Shown here: positions 41,780-52,401 of the stretch, one piece after another
How the letters are laid out: each line of letters starts with the position of its first letter
Position numbering within the stretch: the first letter of the stretch is position 1
NCBI GenBank assembly: GCA_009859145.1
Contig: VRVR01000054.1
Coordinates: 62,001 to 126,000, forward strand
Source of the DNA: Andalucia godoyi And28
Lineage: Eukaryota; Protista; Jakobida
Length of the DNA: 64,000 nt
Reading direction: 5' to 3'
Notes under the pieces: model-generated
What the model saw: only the letters and a program-made list of their open reading frames with translations
Database searches by the model: none
Told to the model about the DNA's origin: nothing
Translations under genes and position numbers: made by a program

Positions 41780-43549
41780 GGTTAAAGAACGGTGCTTTCG
41801 GTTGTTCTGCCTGTTGCTAAACTGCGTAACAACACGTTTTGCTTCGGAAGAGAGAAGAACGAACGTAGAGAGCGGTCTGCTTGTTGGAGAATTTCCTTTG
41901 TTTGTTGTTTTTGGCTTTTTTGAAAGGAAAGGAAAAAAGAGAAGAGGAAGAAGAAAAGAAGAAATAAAAGCGAAGAAGAAGAACAGATGCTGCTTGCGAA
42001 GAGTATTTTTTCTTTTTCTTTTTCTTTTTTTGTGTACGTGTTTTTTTGCTTACGTAACAACGAAATTCGGCAAATTCTGCATTCTGCAATCTCGGGGAGG
42101 GTCTTCGGTGCACGGCTGTGGCCTTTCCAGAAGAGGCATGTACCAGCAGGCTGCATTTTCTGACTGGAATCAACAATCAGCGCTCTCGTGGAAGTTATCT
42201 TCCACAGGACCACACGATAAGATTCGGGCAGCCCCGATCGAAGAATTGCGCTCCAGGTCCTTCCTGGAATGGTCATTCCAGACGAGGGGGAGGCATTTTC
42301 AAGAAGGCCGAACAGGACGCTGAGCGGAAATGACCTGATCTGCTGCGACGCCCTGTCCGATCGACGCATCAATTGGAAGAACGAGTGGAGTGAATCCTGT
42401 CCGAGCAAAGGGGAACCGCAGCGGCAAAATCTGCTTGTTCAGCGCAGCACCCGTAAGGCGAGGTTCCGCAGCGGTGCTAGCTTTCCATCAATTCCAGTGC
42501 AGAGTCTCCCTCCTATACATTCCAGTTCTGTGTCAGCGGCCGGAAGGACCGAGAGCATGGACAAGCGTCGTCTGCCTCTGCGGAGCCGCACGCAGTGGAC
42601 GCTTCGGTTCCAGCAACGCGCATTTCGTTTTTACACGAGACCAATTGGTGACTTTGCGTTTTGTTCTGAATTGCAAACGCGGCCAAATTTGGCATGCCGT
42701 GTCTCGGGGGGGCAGGGATGCACTTCGATTTGCTGATTCTTTGTCGAAGGCTTCCGAACGCCGGGCTCTCGTTCGCTGCGGGTCGTCCAAAGTGCACCGA
42801 CACAACAGGCTCCGTCTCTTCGCCAATACTTTGCACCCCCAAAGAGATCCCAGGATTCGAGAATTCGAAAGGGGGGGAATTGCGGAATCGCCAATTTTGT
42901 TTGCAGGCCCGTACCACTTTCTGTCTCTGAACTTTACCGTCCGAGAAGATGACTCATCGCTAATTCTCAGTGTTGGCATTCGACAGCCGTGTTGTTTTCC
43001 CTGCTTTTGTATTTCTTTCCCTCGGATCATCTGTTTGCCAGCCACGGATCTGGGCCCCCGCCGGCGATCTTCTCTGAAATTCAGGACCATGGGGCGTCTT
43101 TTGCCAGCGTGCCGGGTTCCCCCCTGCATGCTGCTGAATGTCTCTGTGCGCCTTTTGTGGTTTGCGACGAACCCGCATTCAACAACCAGTATCCATCATC
43201 TCCACCCGTCTCCCCCTTCTTCCCTCAACCAGCCCACTTCTCTCACCCGCCGTAAAAAAAAGATATCAACACTTCCAGTTTATCCCAAAAGGAAAAACTC
43301 CCCGCGTTTTTGAAGCACCAGTTGAAAAGAAAGTTGGAAGAAAATCCCCCGATAGAAGGTACTGTAGAAGAACTGAAGAAACGCAAAGAGGAAAATTGTA
43401 TGTGGGAAAGCGCCTGGCTGTGGGAGAAAGGTTTTCCGTGTGCGTATGTTTTTTTAATAGTCTTGGAGATGCATTGCTGTTTATTGTTATTTTAAAAAAG
43501 GATAGTGTGTATCGACGACACTGGATCACTGTGAGTGTTTGGGGAGGAA

Positions 43550-44134
43550 ATGGTGTTTTTCTACTACGGCCATAAGCTGCTTCAGAGACTGGGGTTGTCG
43601 CCGTCCGACGAAGAAGTGGAGCAGAACAGACGGCAATTGATCAATGTCTGTGTGGAAAAGCTGGAGATTGTAAAAGAGCGGAAGCGGATGCTGCAGGATG
43701 TGATTGAGGAGAGCGAGGACAAGCTGATTGATTTTGAGCTCAGAGAAGAAGAGCTTCGAAAACAGCAGGCGGAATACGATGCAAAGCTCATCGAGCTGCT
43801 GAGCTTGGACGAGCTGAAGCCGGCTTTGTCCGACAGCGTAACGATCGCGAACGAGGGCACTATGGATGAGGAAGCCACGCTGGTGAGCAGCACCAACAGC
43901 AGTACTACGCATGGCCAAGTGCTGGATCCAGAGATGGAGGAGCGCAGAATACAAATCCTGGGACTGAAATCGTATCTGGAGGACGAGTATCCAACCATTC
44001 TCAAGGAAATTGATCACTCGATTGATATGCAACGGCGCGCAATCTCGAGGCTACGCGCAGAACTGGCTTCCGTCGAAGCCGTGGAAAAGGATATCGAGGG
44101 ACACCTGAAGAACCAGGATATTAATAAAGCGTGA
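43550..44134 (+). CDS. Hypothetical coiled-coil protein
   Basis: ATG at 43550. E/K/L-rich heptad pattern and coding-like composition; no recognised domain. Confidence 0.75.
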   Translation: MVFFYYGHKLLQRLGLSPSDEEVEQNRRQLINVCVEKLEIVKERKRMLQDVIEESEDKLIDFELREEELRKQQAEYDAKLIELLSLDELKPALSDSVTIANEGTMDEEATLVSSTNSSTTHGQVLDPEMEERRIQILGLKSYLEDEYPTILKEIDHSIDMQRRAISRLRAELASVEAVEKDIEGHLKNQDINKA

Positions 44135-44296
44135 ACATATACATATATAGATATATATTAGCAAGCTGGCGGTGCTGGTCGTGCGTGGCGGACGTTGTGA
44201 CTGCTCTGTGAACAAACCACAACAACCCAAGAGCAAGGAGAAGGGGGTTTAGAGGTGTGTGGGGTGTGTTTCTTTTTTTAAAATTAATACCATACT

Positions 44297-47200
44297 CTAA
44301 TTGCGACGACGCTTTTGCTTGGAAATTCTCCAGTCGTTCTCGTCTTCCCAGCGCCTGTCCCAGAGGGGCTTCACCTTTTCACCCATGGAAACACGTCCTT
44401 CCGCCTTTCCAAACATGCCTGGAGCAACTTTGAGCAGCCACCGAGGATCGATGGCGGTAACCTGGCGCATATACTCCTTTGACGTGAGCACAACCTCGTG
44501 GTAAATGACGTACCGAGGCTGCCTTCCGTGGAGCGCGGAGGATGGATGTACGTGAACTGGGGTTTGATCAACGAGAGTCTTGTAGCATTTTTCTTGGCTG
44601 TCTGCTTTTGCAACCTGAGAGAAGTACCCTGCGCACAACGCTATGCGAATTCGATCCAGTTCCGAGCCGCAGGAGGAGACGCGGAGGCGCTGTCGATCAA
44701 GAATTCGTCGCAGCTGTTTGGACACATCCTCAGCTCGTTTAAGCGAGCGCAGCTGAATGTAGTTATCGTGACACCAGGTGCTCGAGTACTTTGCATTCTT
44801 CCATTCGCGGTACACAGTTAGAAGAGTAATGTGGTCTCCTTCTGCTTGGTTGAATCGCGACCGACGGCGGTCTGCCTGCTCTTGCTTTTCACGAGGACGA
44901 AAGAACACGCTTTGTCCAACACTGATTAGCCCAAGAATGATCAGCATCTCATCGGCACAGGAAAGGTCGACGGCTGCAAGAAGCGCCTTCGACATCATGG
45001 GATCCAGAGGAAACTCAGCCATTCTGCGGCCCAGCGGTGTCAGGAGTCCATCGTCATCCAGCGCAGAAAGAAGAAACAGGGCGTGCATTGCGGCAAGCAG
45101 CGCCTGCTGCGGAGGAGGATCAAGAAAATCAAAATGCAGCAGATCATTGATGCCCATTGCCTTGAGCATGAGAACGGTGTGTCCCAAGTTGGTCCTCTGA
45201 ATTTCGGGAATGGTGGTTGGGTGCATCTCTTCTCGGAATGCTTGGTCCGTGTAGAGCCGATAGCACTTCCCCGGAGCAGTTCTTCCAGCACGACCGGCAC
45301 GCTGGTTGGCGCTTGCCTGGCTGATGGGAACGACTAGAAGGGAATCCATGCCCGACTTTGGATTGTAGCATTTTTGCTTTGAAAACCCAGGATCAACAAC
45401 GTACAAGATTCCATCGATGGTGATCGAGGTTTCGGCGATGTTCGTCGCAACGACGCACTTTCTGTATCCTTTGGGAGCTGGGTCAAAAATTTGCGACTGC
45501 ATTTCCGACGGAAGCGCGGAAAACACAGGTAGCACAATCAAGTTCATATTCCCAGTGCCCGCACAGGCACCCGCGCCCGCACCCATGATCCGTTCCTTCG
45601 CCATGCTCTTGGAGCGCTGCTTGATCATATCGCAAGCCGTTTCGATTTCTTCCTGTCCAGTGAGGAAAAGGAGGATGTCGCCTTCCGGTTCACGAGAATG
45701 AATTTGGAGAACTGTCGTGACTGCCCCTTCCAGATAATCCTGTTCCGGCTCCTTTGCATACAGAATCTCCACGGGGAACGACCGACCTGGAATCCGAAAA
45801 ATCGGTGCACCGCGGAAATACGACGCAAACTTTTCCGCCTCCAGCGTTGCCGAGGTAACGATGAGTCGCAAATCCGGTCGTTTCGCCACCGCTGCTTTGC
45901 ACAGCCCGAACAAGACGTCAGTATGAATTGTCCTTTCGTGCGCCTCATCGAGGATAATCACCGAGTACAGGCTCAAATCAGTATCCAACAGGCACTGTCG
46001 CAACAGCATACCGTCAGTCATGTACTCGATCATTGTGTCCCGAGATGTGCAATCATCAAAGCGGATGTTGTACCCCACAAGAGTCCCAACACGGCAGCCC
46101 TTCTCTTCGGACACACGCTTGGCGACCGAGACTGCAGCAACTCTTCTCGGCTGTGTACAAGCAACTCGCTTTCCAGGAGCAACCAATCCGTCCTCCAAGA
46201 TGTACTGCGTCATCTGCGTCGTTTTTCCGGATCCAGTTTCACCAATCACGACCACAATCTGATTGTCCCGGATGATTTCAAGCAAATTTGACCGGAATTT
46301 GTAAATGGGAAGAGATTTTCGCTGGTCGCTCATGGAGGCAGACTGCTGACGCGGACCAAATGACACCGGGATAAAGGCATCTTCACCATCTACATCGTCT
46401 TCCTTTCCAATTTCAGTTTCCGCACTCTGCAGTGACAGCGACGACGACGACAATGAAGACCTCTTCAAAACGACTCTTTCCTCGGAGCGCTGTTTTGCCG
46501 TCTGTGAAGCAAGATACGCGGCTCTCTGCAGAGAGCCCTCTGGGTTTCGAATAACTTTCACCGTTGACCATGCATCCGCCTCATTTCCAATCATCTTGAG
46601 TCCACGCCGCTGCAAGTCATTGCGCAGAAACGTCGGTGCTTCGTCCTTGATTTCCACCTCGAAGTCCGCAATCTCCTCTCCATGATGCGCAGCAGAATCT
46701 GAAATTCCCGCACTCCTCCGCACCCCTTCATCGTCATCTCCCATCCCAGTCCCACTATCATCCAGCGGATCATCCTGTGACCTCTGCTTGGACGAAAGCG
46801 CATGTTGCAGCTGCGTGTCCTCCCATTTTTCATACTCTGTCTTTTCTCGAGGTCTCTTTCGTGGCGACTGGTCCAGTGCCCTTCTGTCGGGATGCGGCCG
46901 GATGAGCTCGGGCTCAACTGAAATGTGCGGGTCGACTGCGGAAAACACGCCATTGGGCATTTCAAGCGCAGATCCGAAAGAAGACTTTGCAGATCTTGTC
47001 GATCTTGTCGTCGTCGTTGCTGATGTTGCTGATGGTGTCGCCGTCGCCGCACGTGCAGTGGAGAGCATCGATGAATCTGCCGTACGAACGCGCGCGTCTC
47101 CCCGGGAAGCCTTCACGAGAGCATAAACGTGATCGACAAGCGAGAGCGAAAAGGAATCGCCGCCAGACTCGACTACTTTCCGACGAAACTCGGATTGGGT

Positions 47201-47320
47201 CGCTGCATTTTCGGCCAAATTAATCAGAAACTCGCTCAGCACAGTGTCATTAATCAAAGTATGCGATTCAACTGCAGAACATACGCGGTTCACAAGCGAC
47301 AATCTCGCAAGAGCATCCAT
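44297..47320 (-). CDS. DHX8: DEAH-box splicing helicase Prp22/DHX8
   Basis: N-terminal LSLVNRVC...INDTVLSEFLINLAE, then GETGSGKTTQ, TQPRRVAA, DEAHER, SAT, TNIAETSIT, QRAGRAGR, HA2 and OB-fold tail. Confidence 0.93.
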   Translation of the reverse strand: MDALARLSLVNRVCSAVESHTLINDTVLSEFLINLAENAATQSEFRRKVVESGGDSFSLSLVDHVYALVKASRGDARVRTADSSMLSTARAATATPSATSATTTTRSTRSAKSSFGSALEMPNGVFSAVDPHISVEPELIRPHPDRRALDQSPRKRPREKTEYEKWEDTQLQHALSSKQRSQDDPLDDSGTGMGDDDEGVRRSAGISDSAAHHGEEIADFEVEIKDEAPTFLRNDLQRRGLKMIGNEADAWSTVKVIRNPEGSLQRAAYLASQTAKQRSEERVVLKRSSLSSSSLSLQSAETEIGKEDDVDGEDAFIPVSFGPRQQSASMSDQRKSLPIYKFRSNLLEIIRDNQIVVVIGETGSGKTTQMTQYILEDGLVAPGKRVACTQPRRVAAVSVAKRVSEEKGCRVGTLVGYNIRFDDCTSRDTMIEYMTDGMLLRQCLLDTDLSLYSVIILDEAHERTIHTDVLFGLCKAAVAKRPDLRLIVTSATLEAEKFASYFRGAPIFRIPGRSFPVEILYAKEPEQDYLEGAVTTVLQIHSREPEGDILLFLTGQEEIETACDMIKQRSKSMAKERIMGAGAGACAGTGNMNLIVLPVFSALPSEMQSQIFDPAPKGYRKCVVATNIAETSITIDGILYVVDPGFSKQKCYNPKSGMDSLLVVPISQASANQRAGRAGRTAPGKCYRLYTDQAFREEMHPTTIPEIQRTNLGHTVLMLKAMGINDLLHFDFLDPPPQQALLAAMHALFLLSALDDDGLLTPLGRRMAEFPLDPMMSKALLAAVDLSCADEMLIILGLISVGQSVFFRPREKQEQADRRRSRFNQAEGDHITLLTVYREWKNAKYSSTWCHDNYIQLRSLKRAEDVSKQLRRILDRQRLRVSSCGSELDRIRIALCAGYFSQVAKADSQEKCYKTLVDQTPVHVHPSSALHGRQPRYVIYHEVVLTSKEYMRQVTAIDPRWLLKVAPGMFGKAEGRVSMGEKVKPLWDRRWEDENDWRISKQKRRRN

Positions 47321-47668
47321 TCACAACACCTAAATCCCTTCTACCACCACTTTTAATACTACTTCTTCTACTTCTTCTACTTCTTCTTGTTCTTTTTGCT
47401 GTTCTTCAATTATTAAATGTTAAATTAACGAAATCATGTTATCGTCCCATCCCACACCCAGACCTTGGTCAGGGTTATTGACTATGAACTTCGCCACCTT
47501 TCATTTTTTGGGAATGATGGTTGACATTTGTCGACAACAGGAACGTTAAAACAGCCCATGTCGGATGAGAGGCGACAAGAGGAGGATTTGCGCTTTGTGC
47601 TTGCTCTACAGGGGAGCGTATGCTTTGATTTCTTTCGATTTCAAAGGGCGAGGATAGACGACGGATAG

Positions 47669-48454
47669 ATGGCGTGCGTTCCGACTGGATATCCAGAGCC
47701 TGTGCATCGGATCCGGACCAAGCCGACGGCCAGCAGGATCTCACTACGGGAGGCACCAGCGGCGACACTGGATGCGATGCTGCGGACTTGCGACCACTAT
47801 GAGCGATTATGTGCCGGATACTATGAGCCACAGACACGAGCCTCGCGCTATGTGTATGATTTGTCGAAAGAGATTAAAGGAATGGTTGGGGAGCTGAATG
47901 AGAAATACGGAGATGAAAAACGGGAAATCGAAGAGAGGATTGCGTATTTGGAGAGAATCATGTCTGACTGGAACCACTGTTTCGGCAATGATCGGAGCGT
48001 AACGCCTTCGACCCTGCTGGAGAAGTTCAACAAGAACGTCCGAGAGTTCCAGAAGGTGTCCGCGCAGCTGAAAGACGCAGAAGACCGGGCTTGCCGTCAA
48101 AAGGAAGAGTACGAAAAGAGGTTCCACGAAGTGTCATCGAACTACCGATACTCATTAGAAAAGATTACGGAACAGTACGAAAAGCAGCTGCAAAGTCGCA
48201 AGCAGAAGGAGAAGAATGCGGCCGCTGCGTTCGAGGCTGCAAGGAGCACCAGGCTCTCCGAAGTGCACGATGCATCCGAAGCAGTCATCCAGGAAACCAT
48301 GGAAGACGTCGCAGGCGTGCTGTCGCGGATTGTTCTTGGTCCATCGTCGCGGCAGAATCCGCAACTTCGCGAGCAAGTCGATTCTGTTCTGCAGCCGCTG
48401 ATGAAGGGACTAGTGCAACTTCAGGCTATGTTGCTCGACCGCACACCGACATAG
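47669..48454 (+). CDS. Hypothetical coiled-coil protein
   Basis: 261-aa ATG-initiated ORF rich in E/K/R heptads; no recognised domain. Confidence 0.75.
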   Translation: MACVPTGYPEPVHRIRTKPTASRISLREAPAATLDAMLRTCDHYERLCAGYYEPQTRASRYVYDLSKEIKGMVGELNEKYGDEKREIEERIAYLERIMSDWNHCFGNDRSVTPSTLLEKFNKNVREFQKVSAQLKDAEDRACRQKEEYEKRFHEVSSNYRYSLEKITEQYEKQLQSRKQKEKNAAAAFEAARSTRLSEVHDASEAVIQETMEDVAGVLSRIVLGPSSRQNPQLREQVDSVLQPLMKGLVQLQAMLLDRTPT

Positions 48455-49555
48455 ACAGCGTTGCAGGAGAAATACTCTCGGGAACAAAAAACCAAAAAAC
48501 CAAGAAAAAAAACCAAGAAAAATATGATGTAGTGTGTCCCTTCCCTGCACTTCGTCTCACGTATGCTCTTTTTTTAATATCTACATACTGGGCCGCGGCT
48601 GTCTTCTTTTGTCGTCAAAAGCACCGTTCATATCGGATGCGAAGATATTTGCTGCACAGTCAGTGCGCAAGACAACAATCGTCCGCCCGCGCGCATCTTC
48701 TCTTCTCTGGAGCGGTAGTAGTGTAAAGCTCCACTGCGTTTTCTTCCTTCCTTCCTTCCTTCTGTCTTCCCCCCTCTCCTTCGATTCTCGGGCTGTTCGC
48801 ACTCCAGCCAGTGCACGGTGCACGACAGGGGGGAGTTCGCCCTGTGATTCCGTCTGGCTGGCCAGGGCAGATCGCAAGTTTGCTTTCCAGCATCATCGCG
48901 GGTCTGCCCATTCCGGGCCATCTGTACCCGAGCATTTTGCGCTTTGGTCCGCAGCGCTCACCCGAACCTGCTGCGACAGCATCGCGGAGCCTGTGCCTCA
49001 GCTTGAACCTCGAATTGATGGCAGACGTCAGTTTATTACTGCTTTAGGCAACGTTGGGTGTGCAGGCTGCCGGAATTCCACTCGACCGAAGATGCAATCA
49101 GACCCGATTCCCGAGACACTATCCATATGGGCACAGTCGCAGGAGTGCTGCTAATACTGCAGGCAGACTGGTGGATGGAAAAAGAAAGAATGTCATTCAG
49201 TTTATCTTGCATGCCCTGTCAATTTCCTTCTCTGGCAGCGTCTGCGCTGCGGCTCGCTTGCTATTGTTAGGTCGTGGAGGTTCTTGCGGGGTTGAAGACA
49301 GCTCCTGTGTCTGGTCTGACCGGCACGTTGTTTTGGCGAGCAATGGAAATCCAGAAATTGTCCATAGGTTGCAAGTTCGTTGTTCGTCCACTCGACTCCC
49401 GTGTCCGCTTCTGTGCGGCGTGGTAGACTTTTTCAGCGTTTCCCTTGCATCTGCCTTCCAGCGCACGATCCTCTCTCTATTGTCGAACAGTTTTGAAAGA
49501 AAAAAGGGTTACTCTGCAGAAAAAACGGAAAAAAAAAGAGATTTCTCGGTTTGTC

Positions 49556-50409
49556 ATGGCACACTCAACAGCAGCACAGCGCGCCCCCCTTGCAATTTCT
49601 GACACTGCGGCGCAAACACCTGCTGTTGCTGCGTTCATCAGTTCTGCAGGTGATCTGTCTGGTCCTCCTCTCCGCCGCTCCTCCGTCACTGCGTTGTCGG
49701 AGCAAGCATCCTCCTTTCATCCGACTAGTTCGTCGTTTGTTTACAGCACTTATTCTCCCTTGAGCCCCCTTGCCCCGTTCAACAACCAGTATTCAAACGG
49801 AAATTACGCTCCTCCTTACGGTCCCTACGGTAACATGTCCAACTTTTCCTTTCATTCACCGGGTGCATTTGTCCCAAACGCCCCAAGCATGAACGGCAAC
49901 ATTAATGCGAACAACAGCAACAGCAACAGCAGCAATAGTGGCATTGCGACGTCAGCTTTCGCGAATAAGATGATGATGAACAACAACAACAATTCAGGAA
50001 TGTATCATGACGGTTCTTTCCCTCGCAACAACGATGGAGTCTCAATCATGCAGTTTCCGCAACCGCGCAGAAGTTCATTTTCATACAAGCGTAACTCCCG
50101 CGATGGTCCGACGATGAACTTGTCGTTTAATGGGTTTCCATATCTGAATTCGTCCGGTATGTCGGCAGATGACGTTTTTTCGCATGGAATGTCAGTAGCG
50201 TATCCTTCCATGCAGCATTCTGGAGCTTCTGCAATGAGCACCGGCATCAACAACAATTCTGCCGGCATTACCACTGGTGTCAACAGCATCAGCAGCCACA
50301 CCAGCCATAGCAACCACAGCAACCACTCCAATAGCAGCAACCACAGCAGCAATGCCTCCGTTACTACCACTAGTAGTAATATCAGTAACAACAATGGCAA
50401 CCACAACCA

Positions 50410-50445
<36 letters not shown>

Positions 50446-52108
50446 CAACATCAACAACAGCAGCAGCAACAATAACAACAACAGCAACAACGGCGTTCAG
50501 TATCCATCGTCCGATGTTCAGGGCTCCAATCCTGCGGCTCACGAGCAGCCCATCTCCACTCACAATTTTGCCGGCACCCACAGTTCAATGAAAGGACACA
50601 CGGGAGGTGGTTCGATTGCTGTACCGGGCGGGTCTGGACACTTGATGGGCGTGAACAGTGGTACCCATGGCTCGAACAATTCTTCTGCGCCTCCCGGCCA
50701 GAGTGTCAGTTCCAATCCGGGCTCAAAGGAGGATGCGCCGCCTCTGACTCCTGGAGGAACGATGCTTCCGCCTGTGCGGATCGACTCCTTGTCTGTTCCC
50801 GGTAACCTGCCCCACCTTTCACCTCCCAATTCTGCGGGAGGCAACCATCCGGTAACAAGCGGTGGCTCTACCCATCCAAACAGCAGCAGTGCATCCTCTG
50901 GAAATCACATGCATGTGAGCACACCAGTCACCCCGTCACCTGCTGCTCTGCTCAGCCACTTCATGCATCCCAGTGTTGGTGTGCCGTACAATCTTGCACC
51001 GTTCAACAGCATGTCTGCTGGCGGGTATGAACAACTCATGGGTTTTCAGGGACTCGGGATGCAGATGCCAATCTCTCCCGCAATTGGGATGGGGAGCACG
51101 GGATCTTTTCCCCAGCAGTCCGGCGTGATGCAGCCCCAGGCACCACTGACGAATGCTCCAACAAGCTGGTCTTTGCCTCCAATTCCTGGACTAATGCGCT
51201 TTACCATGTTGTCGCGCACTGGCCGCACCGATTTTCACGTGTGGCTCAACGCAACCTCAGAAGTGACTCCAGAAGATTCGGAATGGTACAAAACATCCGT
51301 GTACACGCTCCTTCTGCGTCTTGAGATTCTTCCCATGTTCACTGGTCAGTATTATGGCGATTTCAGTGCTTGCATCGAGTTGTTGGACATGGATGGCGAG
51401 GTGGTGAAGGACGGCATTCTTCACCACATCTCTTCCGACCTGCCTGCGCACGGCAACAGCGGATCTTCTGGATCTGCAAAGCCTAATTCTTCCCGACTTC
51501 CGTCTGGCATGCAGTACAAGAATCGAAGTCAGGCATCGTTGTTGAATGCTGCCATCGGTGCTATTTTTGAGCAGGAGCGAGCGGATCGCGTCAACGACAG
51601 AATGGAGGCTTCACGAAAGGAGCCGACTGGGACTCCAATCACGTCGAAGCAGTCTTTGGCAGACGGTCCAGGGCAAAAAGATCGACTCTCTGACGATTCT
51701 ACGAGCTCCGATCATGAAAGTCCTGTTGGATCCGGGCGGCAAAACGGAGAAAGCGGAACGACGTCGACGGACCGCGACATTCCGTATATCATCAAGATGA
51801 GAGAATCCATGTGTTGGCAGGGCAAGGTCGGGCCGTTTTCTCTGCAACGTTATTCTTTTGTGCACAATGGAAAACATGCCCCATTCCGACTGAAGGTGAC
51901 GCTTACGGCTCCCAGCGCTGGCTCGTCGTCGGGTGGTGCTGCTTCATCGTGGGTGACGATGAGCCCGCCGTTCCTGGTCAAAAGCAAGAAGCCCAAGCAT
52001 GTCGTGTCGAACCACCTGTCGTTAAGAGAACGAAAGCGAGGTCGTGCAGATGTACATGAAGCCCAAATCGATGCTGCTTTCGAACGTGCAGCGTTTTCCA
52101 CAAGGTGA
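49556..52108 (+). CDS. 'EWYKTSVY' family paralog 4, putative transcription factor with poly-Asn/Ser region
   Basis: ATG at 49556. Domain at about 51167-51997: WSLPPIPGLMRFTMLSRTGRTDFHVW, EWYKTSVYT, GPF, RYSFVHNGKHAPFRL, SPPFLVKSKKPKHV, followed by basic RERKRGR. Confidence 0.88.
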
Positions 52109-52231
52109 GACGATGGCTTTTCTTGATTCTCCTTGTCCTTTTCTTCTTCTTCTTCTTGGGTTGTTGTTGTTGTTGTCGTGTTTGATTTTATCTAGGTTGA
52201 GCATAATATTTTGAAACGCAATGATGTTTTG

Positions 52232-52237
<6 letters not shown>

Positions 52238-52317
<80 letters not shown>
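52238..52317. repeat. (CT)n microsatellite, about 40 units
   Basis: Perfect CT run between two convergent genes. Confidence 0.97.
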
Positions 52318-52322
<5 letters not shown>

Positions 52323-52401
52323 CTCTTTGGTATGCGTTGCCATTTCCCACGAGAAAATGTTATCTCCAAACTTACATGTTACATAAAATTGAGAAAGTAC
52401 T

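Noticed and set aside
42390-43313. 307-codon plus-strand ORF as a protein-coding gene
   Set aside because: GTG start, no domain, Arg/Ser/Pro/Cys-rich non-coding-like composition and equally long overlapping antisense frames. Kept only as an unexplained region.
48534-49602. ORFs 48534-49154 and 49054-49602
   Set aside because: No protein-like features; they lie in the upstream region of paralog 4.
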